From NCBI GenBank assembly GCA_964600035.1, contig CAZRIB010000005.1, positions 1-27,878 on the forward strand: DNA of 27,878 bases, written 5' to 3'. A model generated the notes under the pieces. The model was not told where the DNA came from. It made no database searches and saw only the letters and a list, made by a program, of their open reading frames with translations. Within the stretch, counting starts at the first letter, position 1; the number at the start of each line of letters is the position of its first letter. The position numbers and the translations under genes were made by a program. Positions 8,702 through 17,396 of this stretch are shown here, piece after piece. The stretch is from an uncultured Ardenticatenaceae bacterium. Its GTDB lineage: Bacteria > Chloroflexota > Anaerolineae > Promineifilales > Promineifilaceae.

Positions 8702-10183
8702 ATGAATCATTTGAAACGAAAAACCCCATCAAAAATTTTGTTCTTTGTGCTGCTGTGGCTGCTGCTCTTTCCTGTTTGGGCATCAGCCCAGGACATCATT
8801 GAACCGCAGTGGCAGGGGCCTCGCCGTATTTCTCGCCCGGGAGTGGAGATTGCAGGTGAAGCAGCAATGGCGCTGGATCCTTATGGCACGGTGCATGTTG
8901 TCTGGTCGGAGGTAGACCCGGATGATGAGGTGAATACCATTGTCTATACCACCTTTGACGGACAAAACTGGGGTGTGCCTATTGATATTCGGGCGGCTGC
9001 GCCGGGGTTGACGATTGGTTCGTATGATGCGGTGGTGTATGGTGACCGGGTTTATGTGGTATGGACGGAGGGAACGTCTGGGCCTGTGTATATTGCCAGT
9101 GCGTCGGTGTTTCAGTCTGATTCGTACCATGATTGGTCACGGCCGTTACGCCTTGACATGCCTGCATACCGGCTAAAGCTAAATGTAGACAGCAAGGGTG
9201 TCTTTCATATGATGTTTGTCGATTTTTTCGGCCGTGAACCGGGCATCTATTACGTCTATTCCAAAGATTTTGGCGAAACCTGGACCAATCCATACTGGAT
9301 AGACCCGGACATTCCCGTAACCAGCACGCCGAACGTGCTGCAATTTGTGTTGGATGACAAAGACGGTCTGCATGCCAGTTGGTATTACGTGGGTGACGAA
9401 CTTTCGGGTAGTAATGGTGAAATGATACGCTACACCCATTCTTTGGATGGCGGCAAAAGCTGGATGACACCGGTGACCATTGATGTAAATGACCAAACGA
9501 TTGATGAACTGCGTATTCCTTACCCCGGCCTGGCTGTTGCCGGCGATACGGTGCACATGATTTGGGCTGGCACGACTGAAACATACCGGGAGCATCGTTA
9601 CTCGCTGGATCGTGGCAAAACCTGGAGCGAGACATTTCGGGTGTTTGGCAATTTGCAGGGGCAGGCTTTGGGGGATGCAATGGTTGCAGATGCGTCTGGG
9701 CGGCTGCATTTCTTTGGGCAAATTCGTTGGCCGCAGTATGTTTACCATTTCACCTGGACGGTTGAAGATGGCTGGTCTGACCCGGCGGGGATTTACCTGA
9801 TTTCGCGCGATGGCAATGAGGGCAGGCAGGGGCGGTATCATGCTCATGCGCTGCGGGCGATTGTGCGCAACGGGAATGAAATGCTGGTGACGTTTACGGA
9901 TGAGGCGGTGGGGCCGCTGTATGCCATGTGGAAAACGCTGCCGGACGTAACGGCCGTACCGCCAGCACCCACACCCACACCAGAAATACACATTGAGCCA
10001 TCGCCCACGCCTGTGCCCGTTACCCCCACGCCAACACGCATCCCGCTGGACGAGAACAACCAGCGTGCGCCGCTGGAACCACCGAACACGGGCAGCAGTG
10101 TTTGGCTGGGTATTGTCCCGGCGTTGGTATTGGTGTCGGGCGTGTTTCTGTTTTATGCAGTTTGGCGGCGGCGTTGGAATTAA
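8702..10183 (+). CDS. Secreted/surface Asp-box (BNR repeat, sialidase-like fold) protein with Pro/Thr linker and C-terminal anchor
   Basis: Sec signal peptide MNHLKRK...LLFPVWASA-QD from ATG 8702. Three Asp-boxes (YSKDFGETW, HSLDGGKSW, YSLDRGKTW), a PAPTPTP...PTPVPVTPTPT linker, then PPNTG, a TM helix and RRRWN. Confidence 0.75.
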   Translation: MNHLKRKTPSKILFFVLLWLLLFPVWASAQDIIEPQWQGPRRISRPGVEIAGEAAMALDPYGTVHVVWSEVDPDDEVNTIVYTTFDGQNWGVPIDIRAAAPGLTIGSYDAVVYGDRVYVVWTEGTSGPVYIASASVFQSDSYHDWSRPLRLDMPAYRLKLNVDSKGVFHMMFVDFFGREPGIYYVYSKDFGETWTNPYWIDPDIPVTSTPNVLQFVLDDKDGLHASWYYVGDELSGSNGEMIRYTHSLDGGKSWMTPVTIDVNDQTIDELRIPYPGLAVAGDTVHMIWAGTTETYREHRYSLDRGKTWSETFRVFGNLQGQALGDAMVADASGRLHFFGQIRWPQYVYHFTWTVEDGWSDPAGIYLISRDGNEGRQGRYHAHALRAIVRNGNEMLVTFTDEAVGPLYAMWKTLPDVTAVPPAPTPTPEIHIEPSPTPVPVTPTPTRIPLDENNQRAPLEPPNTGSSVWLGIVPALVLVSGVFLFYAVWRRRWN

Positions 10184-10188
10184 CAACT

Positions 10189-10258
10189 TGTGGCAAGTGT
10201 GCATGTGGCAAGTAACGTGACTTGCAATCTGCAACCTGCCACCTGCAAACCTGCCACC
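10189..10258. repeat. GTGGCA/TGCCAC heptamer-family inverted repeat cluster
   Basis: TGTGGCAAGT x2 (10189-10198, 10204-10213), then GACTTGCA ATCTGCA ACCTGCC ACCTGCA AACCTGCC ACC. Same family as 2562-2623. Confidence 0.8.
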
Positions 10259-10333
10259 ACCTGTTAAGTACACTATTTAGTGATGAGCTAATAATCTACG
10301 TTTGTCATCAAATTTTCTTTGGAGGATTGTTGA

Positions 10334-11161
10334 ATGCCTGATTTGGGTAAATTGAATGTGCAAATGAGCAACCGGCAGCGGGTATGGCGTAAACGATTTT
10401 GGCAGTTGGTACAGCCAACGGCCGTTTCCCGTCCAGTTTTTTTAATTGGCTGCGGCCGTTCCGGCACATCCATGTTGGTCTGGCAGCTAGACCAATCCTG
10501 GCAGGTGAACCTGTACAACGAAGACCATCCGGCAGCATTTGACAACTTCCGTCTGCGCGACCTGACTATCATTGACCAATTGATTGCCCAGAGCCGCGCA
10601 CCGATTACGGTCTTTAAGCCCATTCTGGATACGGTACAAACGCCAAAATTGATGGAGAGGTATGCAAACGGCCGTTTCGTCTTTGCTTTTCGCAATTACA
10701 GCGACGTTGTTAACTCATCCCTTAAGAAGTTTGGTGTAAACAATAGAATAGGGCATGTTACCCGGTGGATGAACGACGACTTCAGTGAATTTTCTGCTGC
10801 GCCTCCGCCAGAAAAAACAAAAACATTCATTCGTCAGCGATGGCAGCCCGACCTGACACCAGAAGAAGGGGCTGCCCTTTACTGGCTCTTTTACAACCGC
10901 CTGTACTTCGACTTAAAGCTGCACCAAAGCGACAGGGTGCACCTGATTTCTTACGAAACATTGGTACAACAGCCAGAGCAAGAATTTCGGCGATTGTGCC
11001 AATTTTTAGACATCTCATTTGAGCAGCGGATGGTAGACGGCATATTTGCTTCCTCCATTGGCCGTGATCCCGCACCAAACATCCGAGACTCAATTCGCCT
11101 GGATTGCGAGAATTTATACGCCCAATTGTCCGCAGAAATTGAAGCACCGGCGAGAAAATGA
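10334..11161 (+). CDS. Sulfotransferase family protein
   Basis: 5'-PSB-like loop FLIGCGRSGTSML, downstream FAFRNYSDVVNS, and ISYETLVQQPEQEFRRLCQFL. Confidence 0.85.
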   Translation: MPDLGKLNVQMSNRQRVWRKRFWQLVQPTAVSRPVFLIGCGRSGTSMLVWQLDQSWQVNLYNEDHPAAFDNFRLRDLTIIDQLIAQSRAPITVFKPILDTVQTPKLMERYANGRFVFAFRNYSDVVNSSLKKFGVNNRIGHVTRWMNDDFSEFSAAPPPEKTKTFIRQRWQPDLTPEEGAALYWLFYNRLYFDLKLHQSDRVHLISYETLVQQPEQEFRRLCQFLDISFEQRMVDGIFASSIGRDPAPNIRDSIRLDCENLYAQLSAEIEAPARK

Positions 11162-11253
11162 TTGATGATTAAAGCAAACAAGTGCATACCAATGCTTCTT
11201 TAACCTTTACGCTTTTAATCATTGCTCACTACCACCATCAAGGCACACTTTTT

Positions 11254-12504
11254 ATGCGGATTTTGGTTATAACCAATTATTACCCCCCTTTTGAACAGGG
11301 CGGGTGGGGACAATTAACTTACGATGTCGTACAGCAGTTAAAATCGCGAGGCCATGAGGTGTTGGTGTTAACCAGCCAGCACCGCCGCAGTGAGCTGCCT
11401 GCGCCGGAAGAGGGTGTGGAACGGACGCTTTTTTTGGAAAGCCCGGATCACATCCATTACAAAATGAAATATACATTGGCTTACCGTCGGGAGGAGGCTG
11501 CCAACAAGCGAATTGTGGCACATCACTGCCGCCAATTTGCCCCGGATGTGGTGTATGTAAATGGCATGTGGAATTTGCCGGTTTGTGTGGCGCAAACGGC
11601 CGAATCCTGTTTACCCGGTCGTGTGGCCTACTACATGGCCAGCTATTGGCCTGCCGAACAGGATGCCCACTCTGCTTTTTGGCAGGATATGCCGGATGGC
11701 TGGAAGCGGCTGCCCAAACAGTTGGTTGGACAGGCGTTGGTAAATTGGTGGCTTAAACCTGCTGCCCGCAACCGGCTGGATTTTCGGGTTGTGATGTGTG
11801 TGAGTGATTATTTGCGGCGGCGCATTGTGGCTGAAGCGGGTATTCCCGAAGAACGGACGCGGGTGGTGTATAACGGAATTGATTTGGCTGATTTTCCGTT
11901 ACGGCCGTTACCCGCACACACAAGCAGCACCCGCACCTTGAAACTGCTTTACGCCGGACGCTTTCATCCTGACAAAGGTGTCCATACCGTAATCGAAAGC
12001 CTGGGGCAGTTATGGCAAAAAACGCCATCCCTGCCGGTTTCTGTAACATTGGTAGGCAAGGGCGCACCGGCTTACGAAGAAGAACTGCATCATCTGGTAC
12101 AAAAACTGGGCATCGCAAACTGGATAACCTTCAAGCCATTTGTGGCTCGCGAAAAGATGCCCGCCATACTTAGAGAACACGACGCACTCATATTTCCATC
12201 GATTTGGCCGGAACCACTGGCCCGTATGGTACAAGAGGCAATGGCTTCTGGCTTGATTGTCATCGGTACAACCACTGGCGGTACACCGGAGATTTTGCAA
12301 GACGGCCGTAACGGCCTGACATTCCCGGCAGGGAATGCCGCCATGTTGGCAGAAAAAATCTTATGGCTGACCCAAAACCAAGATCAATGGCACAATCTGG
12401 CACAGGCTGCCCGAAAAACAGTGGAACAGCAATTTACACTCAACCGGATGGTGAACGAACTGGAAGCGCAGTTCGACCAACTCATTCAGACCAAGGCGAA
12501 GTGA
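11254..12504 (+). CDS. Glycosyltransferase family 4
   Basis: MRILVITNYYPP (start moved to ATG 11254), VVYNGID, LLYAGRFHPDKGV and PSIWPEPLARMVQEAMASG. Confidence 0.92.
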   Translation: MRILVITNYYPPFEQGGWGQLTYDVVQQLKSRGHEVLVLTSQHRRSELPAPEEGVERTLFLESPDHIHYKMKYTLAYRREEAANKRIVAHHCRQFAPDVVYVNGMWNLPVCVAQTAESCLPGRVAYYMASYWPAEQDAHSAFWQDMPDGWKRLPKQLVGQALVNWWLKPAARNRLDFRVVMCVSDYLRRRIVAEAGIPEERTRVVYNGIDLADFPLRPLPAHTSSTRTLKLLYAGRFHPDKGVHTVIESLGQLWQKTPSLPVSVTLVGKGAPAYEEELHHLVQKLGIANWITFKPFVAREKMPAILREHDALIFPSIWPEPLARMVQEAMASGLIVIGTTTGGTPEILQDGRNGLTFPAGNAAMLAEKILWLTQNQDQWHNLAQAARKTVEQQFTLNRMVNELEAQFDQLIQTKAK

Positions 12505-13364
12505 ACCATGACTGGTCAGAGCAAAGACCCAAACATTTGTTTGTTCTCAGCCCACACAGCTCTGGTTCCACTGTGATGACAAAGTTGTTGGCAACATCTC
12601 CAAATGTCACCTCACTTCCATTTGAAGGGCAGTTTATGCCAGATGCAGAGCCACTTATGCGCATAGACCCCTGGAATCCGGAAGTCAAGCTGGATTGGCC
12701 TAAAATAAGAGCTGTTTGGGAAGCATCCTGGGATATGACCAAACCAATTCGGCTGGAAAAAAGCCCGCCCAATATTTTGCGAGCTGCGGAGATGGCTAAA
12801 CATTTTGAAAACCCGTCATTTATTATCATGGTTCGCAACCCTTATGCCTATTGTGAAGGGACACGCCGCCGTAACCACTTTGGAATGGGCTATGGAAAAA
12901 ATGCGTCTTACACGGAGATAGCCGAAGGCTGGGTGCGCGAGTGTCGCCAGCAAATTAAAAATATCCGGCAGCTTCCTCGTACGCTGGCCGTTACGTATGA
13001 AGAATTTACTGAGGATACGAAAGGGGTAGCTCAAAAATTGCTCGCTTTTATGCCGGAGCTGGTTTCTCTGGATGTGGAAGCGTCGTTTTGGATTCATTCT
13101 TTGCAAGGGGCATTGAAACGGCCTGTTGTGAATTTGAATGACAGCCAGATTGCCCGGTTGAGTTGTGAAGATATTGTTGAGATTACGGCCGTTCTCCGCA
13201 AACACCCTGATGTCATGAAATATTTCGACTATGAACTGCTGACGGAAAGTTATCACCCACTGGAAAAAATACGAATGCGCGGCCAGGACTGGTACAAAAA
13301 ACACATTATCAGACGCATTCAACGACACGCCCACCGTATTAACCAATGGCTGGGACGCGAGTAA
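12501..13364 (+). CDS. Sulfotransferase family protein
   Basis: LFVLSPHSSGSTVM P-loop, LEKSPPN, FIIMVRNPY and VTYEEF. Likely GTG start overlapping the upstream stop (GTGA, 12501-12504). Confidence 0.8.
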   Translation: MNHDWSEQRPKHLFVLSPHSSGSTVMTKLLATSPNVTSLPFEGQFMPDAEPLMRIDPWNPEVKLDWPKIRAVWEASWDMTKPIRLEKSPPNILRAAEMAKHFENPSFIIMVRNPYAYCEGTRRRNHFGMGYGKNASYTEIAEGWVRECRQQIKNIRQLPRTLAVTYEEFTEDTKGVAQKLLAFMPELVSLDVEASFWIHSLQGALKRPVVNLNDSQIARLSCEDIVEITAVLRKHPDVMKYFDYELLTESYHPLEKIRMRGQDWYKKHIIRRIQRHAHRINQWLGRE

Positions 13365-13403
13365 ACTATTATTTTGATTGAAATGGTCAGCAACGGCTTG
13401 AAC

Positions 13404-13537
13404 TGCAAAGGGCACGAAGAGCGCAAAGATTTTTTCTGAAACTTTCTGTGTAACGATTTCTTGACCAATATAAATTATTATTTTGATAATGAGAGTTATG
13501 GAGCAGGGGGGCAATCCCCAATCTCCAATCTCCAATT
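13404..13537. repeat. 9-mer (CGCAAAGRR-like) triplet plus CAATCCC/CAATCTC heptamer array
   Basis: TGCAAAGGG CACGAAGAG CGCAAAGAT (13404-13430). CAATCCCCAATCTCCAATCT (13512-13531) is the exact reverse complement of 7008-7027. Confidence 0.8.
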
Positions 13538-13561
13538 AAATTCATTCATAAGGAGCAAGCT

Positions 13562-14926
13562 TTGACCAAACCAAACGTCGTCTTGCTAACAATTGACACA
13601 TTACGCCTGGATCGTCTGGGCTGTTTTGGCTGTAACAAACCGCTGACCCCCAATATTGACCGGCTGGCGGCTGAAGGTGTGCGTTTTTCGCAGGCCATTA
13701 CCGGTGGTTCATGGACGCAGGCTTCTTTCCCTGTCATCATGACATCGACTTATGCGTCGATGTATGGTGGCTGTTTGGGGAAATTGTCTGCGGAACGGCC
13801 GTCTCCCGCAGACGCACTGACCAAACACGGCTACCGCACAGCCGCCTTCTCCACCAGCCCCCTCCTTAGCCGCGCCTATGGCTACGACCGCGGCTTCCAG
13901 CACTTTGTAGACCTTATTCCCAACGAAAAAGACCCGGCCTTGCGAGAAATGAAAGGCGGCCAGCGCCTGCTGCGCAGTCCACTGACCCATAAAGTAAGCA
14001 AAGCCATTGGCAAGCAAACCCGGCCAGCCAAGGTCTATGTGGATGCGGGCGATTTAATTGATGCCGCCAGTCAGTGGATGGGAGAAGATGCGCATCCTTT
14101 CTTTGCCTGGGTGCATTTTATGGATGTGCACTGGCCTTACCACCGGGAAGACGCGCTTTCCAAGCCAGAGGAAATTGCACAAGCCTGGCGCGATTTGTCC
14201 CACCTGCATGAGGCGAACTGGAACGGCGCGCCCATCAGCCCGGAGCAGCGCGACCATTACATCCGTTTGTATGAGGACGCATTGGTGTATACCGACGCGC
14301 AAATTGGCCGTTTGTTAGACGATATGGCGGCCAGAGGTGTGTTGGATAATACGATTATTGTGTTGGTGTCTGATCACGGTGAGGAATTTTTGGAACACGG
14401 CCGTTGGGGACATTGGGAAGATAACCTGTATGATGAAATTTTGCGGGTTCCGCTTATTTTTCGTCTGCCAGGACTGGATGGCGCACGCAATATCTCGCGG
14501 CAGGTAAGCACCATCGACATTATGCCAACGATTCTGGATTTGTGTGGCTGCCCGCCGCCGACTGGCATGTTGGGGCATTCTCTTGTGCCGCTTTGGCAGG
14601 AGCCAGGTGCGGATTATCCAGTGGAAACGGCCGTTACCGAAATGTGGCGCGACCATTGGCACATCATTGCCGTGCGCACAGAGACCCATAAATATATCTG
14701 GGACAGCAAAAAGCCGGATGCATCTCGCCTGTATGATTTGCTCAACGACCCGGAAGAACGGGTAAACGTCGCTGACCGCCATCCCGACATTGTGCGAAAG
14801 TTGCATTCTGTTGTAGATGCCCGGCTGGCTGATATGGCGCTGACTGCCCCGGAAACGGCCGTTACCGAACCCACCCTCGACGACGATGTGCTGGCCCGTC
14901 TGCGTGGACTGGGTTACGTGGAATAA
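13562..14926 (+). CDS. Sulfatase-like hydrolase/transferase (alkaline phosphatase superfamily), no signal peptide
   Basis: PNVVLLTIDTLRLD, SWTQASFPVIMTS, WVHFMDVHWPY, VLVSDHGEEF, LRVPLIF and C-terminal LRGLGYVE. TTG start after GGAGCA (13552-13557). Confidence 0.87.
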   Translation: MTKPNVVLLTIDTLRLDRLGCFGCNKPLTPNIDRLAAEGVRFSQAITGGSWTQASFPVIMTSTYASMYGGCLGKLSAERPSPADALTKHGYRTAAFSTSPLLSRAYGYDRGFQHFVDLIPNEKDPALREMKGGQRLLRSPLTHKVSKAIGKQTRPAKVYVDAGDLIDAASQWMGEDAHPFFAWVHFMDVHWPYHREDALSKPEEIAQAWRDLSHLHEANWNGAPISPEQRDHYIRLYEDALVYTDAQIGRLLDDMAARGVLDNTIIVLVSDHGEEFLEHGRWGHWEDNLYDEILRVPLIFRLPGLDGARNISRQVSTIDIMPTILDLCGCPPPTGMLGHSLVPLWQEPGADYPVETAVTEMWRDHWHIIAVRTETHKYIWDSKKPDASRLYDLLNDPEERVNVADRHPDIVRKLHSVVDARLADMALTAPETAVTEPTLDDDVLARLRGLGYVE

Positions 14927-14931
14927 CGACC

Positions 14932-16200
14932 ATGCGTGTTCTCTTCATAACAGCCTACTTCCCCCCATGCGACTTTGGCTGGGGCTACATGCGCATTTGC
15001 GAACAAATTGCCGATGGCCTGCACAAACGCGGGCACGATGTGGCCGTGCTGACCAGCACCTACCGCCACGCAGAGGCCGAGACCAAGCCCTACCCCGTTT
15101 ATCGCCAGCTTGTCATTGAACCGGATTGGCACGCCCCGCACTCTCCCATGAAGCAGTTCTTTTTTGGGCGGCGGCGGCGGGAACGGGAAGCCATTGCTCA
15201 CCTGGAAACGGCCGTTGCCCGCTTTCAGCCCGACTTGCTCTTTGTGTGGGATGCTTACGGCCTGTCCAAGGTGATGCTGCGCCATGCAGAACAGATGCCT
15301 GGGGTGAAGGTGGCTTATTACTTTGCCAACTATTTACCGGAATATCCGGGCGGATATTTTGAATATTGGCGTTCTGAGGGCAGCAAAACGGCCGTAAAAA
15401 TTCTCAAAGCCCCCCTTGCCCTCATTGCCAAAACCATACTCAAGCTGGAAGGCAAACCCATCCCCCTGGCCTATGAACACACCATCAGCGTCAGCCATTA
15501 CGTGCGCGACCGCCTGCGCCAGCAAAACCTCATTGGCGCGGATGCCATCGTTGCCCCCAATGGCATAGACATCCCCTTGTTTCAAGCCGATGTGGTTCAG
15601 CCAGAGCCAGAAAGCCCCCTGCGCTGTCTCATTGCTGGCCGGGTTGTACCAGAGAAAGGGGTGCATACCCTCATTGAAGCGTTTGCTCTGCTCAAGCAGG
15701 ATGGGCTGCTGCCCCAGGTGCGGCTAACGGTGCTGGGAGATGGCCCGGCGGAGTATAAGGAATATCTTAAGCAACAGGTGCTACAGTATGGCCTGGATCA
15801 GGCTGTTACCTTTGCCGATCCGGTTCCTATTGCAGAAATGCCTGAACGCTTAAAAGCACATGATATTGTGATGCTGCCATCAGAATGGGACGAACCGCTT
15901 TCTTGTGCCATGTTGGAAGGCATGGCGGCAGGCAGGCTGGTGATTGGTACGACCAGAGGCGGCAGTGGCGAGGTGCTGGCAGACGGCCGTACCGGCTTAA
16001 CATTCACGGCTGGTGATCCGGCTTCGCTGGCCGAAAAGTTGAAAATGGTCATCGCCGACCGCACGCTGGTGACACGATTGGCAGCGGCCGGACAGGCTGA
16101 AACAGTGCGCCATTTTAATATGGACGTGTCTGTGGAGAGGATTGAATCTTATTTAATGGGTTTGCTGGCCGGCACGGCCGTAACCACCCCAACCGTATGA
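14932..16200 (+). CDS. Glycosyltransferase family 4 (paralog of 11254-12504)
   Basis: MRVLFITAYFPP, VAPNGID, AGRVVPEKGVH and PSEWDEPLSCAMLEGMAAG. Confidence 0.92.
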   Translation: MRVLFITAYFPPCDFGWGYMRICEQIADGLHKRGHDVAVLTSTYRHAEAETKPYPVYRQLVIEPDWHAPHSPMKQFFFGRRRREREAIAHLETAVARFQPDLLFVWDAYGLSKVMLRHAEQMPGVKVAYYFANYLPEYPGGYFEYWRSEGSKTAVKILKAPLALIAKTILKLEGKPIPLAYEHTISVSHYVRDRLRQQNLIGADAIVAPNGIDIPLFQADVVQPEPESPLRCLIAGRVVPEKGVHTLIEAFALLKQDGLLPQVRLTVLGDGPAEYKEYLKQQVLQYGLDQAVTFADPVPIAEMPERLKAHDIVMLPSEWDEPLSCAMLEGMAAGRLVIGTTRGGSGEVLADGRTGLTFTAGDPASLAEKLKMVIADRTLVTRLAAAGQAETVRHFNMDVSVERIESYLMGLLAGTAVTTPTV

Positions 16201-17396
16201 AAATACTCTTTCTATCCCGCTGGTTTCCATACCCGGCAAACAACGGCTCCAAACTGCGAGTTTACCACCTGCTGCGCGGCTTGACTCAAGCGCACGAAGT
16301 GGTGCTGCTTTCCTTTTGTGAACCGGGTGAAGACGTGCAGACGGGGATGCCTGTTTTGCAGGCAATGTGTAAAGCAGTGCATACGGTGACATGGAAGCCG
16401 TTTAATCCCAATAGCACGGCGGCAAAGCTGGCCTTTTTTAGCCCCAAACCCCGCTCTGTCATCGACACTTTTTCGCCGGAAATGGCGGCTTCTGTGCAGC
16501 GGCTGACTGCCGAACACGCCTTTGACCTGGTGATTGCCTCGCAGGTGGGCACGGCCGAATATGCCCGCTTTTGGGGGGACATTCCCGCCATCTTTGAGGA
16601 AGTGGAGCTGGGTGTGTTTTATGAAAAATATACCAGGGCTGCTACACCTGCCGCCCGTTTGCGTCATGGCTTGATGTGGTGGAAGCAAAAAAATTATTTG
16701 CGGCAGACACTTGCTCATTTTCAGGCGTGTACGGTGGTTTCTGACGTGGAGAAGGCGCTGGTGGAAACGGCCGTTGGCCCCCATCAGCATGTAGAGGTTA
16801 TTCCCAACTGTATGCACCTGCCAGATTACCAACTGCCGAAAGTACAGAAACAGCCCAACACGCTTGTGTACACAGGTTCGTTTACCTACTTTGCCAACCA
16901 TGAGGCGATGGTCTGGTTTTTGCAGCATGTCTACCCGTTGGTTAAAACGGCCGTTCCCGACACCACCCTTACCATCACCGGCGACCACGCCAATTTGCCC
17001 CTACCAGAGGCAGACGGTGTAACCCTGACAGGCTTTGTGGATGACATCCGGCCAGTTATTGCCAACGCGGCCATTAGTCTGGCCCCCATTCACACCGGCG
17101 GCGGCACACGCCTGAAGATTCTGGAGGCGATGGCTTTGCGTACGCCGGTGGTTTCCACTACAAAGGGGGCTGAAGGGCTGGATGTGGTGGATGGTGTGCA
17201 TTTGTTGTTGGCAGACACACCGGCAGATTTTGCCCAGGCCGTTATTCGTTTGTTGGGGGATGCGGCGCTGCGGCAGCGTTTGGCGGAGAATGGTTACCGG
17301 CTGGTGGCAGAAAAGTATGACTGGACGGCCGTAGCTCCCCGTTTTTTGCAGTTGGCATTGCAGACGGCCGCGGTCGGAGAGAAACAACTGGCATGA
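16197..17396 (+). CDS. Glycosyltransferase family 4
   Basis: MKILFLSRWFPYP, VIPNC, YTGSFTYFANHEA and GGGTRLKILEAMAL. ATGA overlap with the upstream gene. Confidence 0.9.
   Translation: MKILFLSRWFPYPANNGSKLRVYHLLRGLTQAHEVVLLSFCEPGEDVQTGMPVLQAMCKAVHTVTWKPFNPNSTAAKLAFFSPKPRSVIDTFSPEMAASVQRLTAEHAFDLVIASQVGTAEYARFWGDIPAIFEEVELGVFYEKYTRAATPAARLRHGLMWWKQKNYLRQTLAHFQACTVVSDVEKALVETAVGPHQHVEVIPNCMHLPDYQLPKVQKQPNTLVYTGSFTYFANHEAMVWFLQHVYPLVKTAVPDTTLTITGDHANLPLPEADGVTLTGFVDDIRPVIANAAISLAPIHTGGGTRLKILEAMALRTPVVSTTKGAEGLDVVDGVHLLLADTPADFAQAVIRLLGDAALRQRLAENGYRLVAEKYDWTAVAPRFLQLALQTAAVGEKQLA

Noticed and set aside
9179-10273. 364-aa antisense ORF and the other nested or antisense ORFs in the track (e.g. 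16212-16988, 5033-5692, 8979-9680, 12816-13535)
   Set aside because: All overlap well-supported genes with family motifs and show no recognisable domains or ribosome-binding sites.
12363-12500. Upstream extension of the second sulfotransferase (similar extensions at 11182-11253 and 8660-8701)
   Set aside because: These overlap the previous gene or intergenic repeats; more plausible starts are at 12501, 11254 and 8702.
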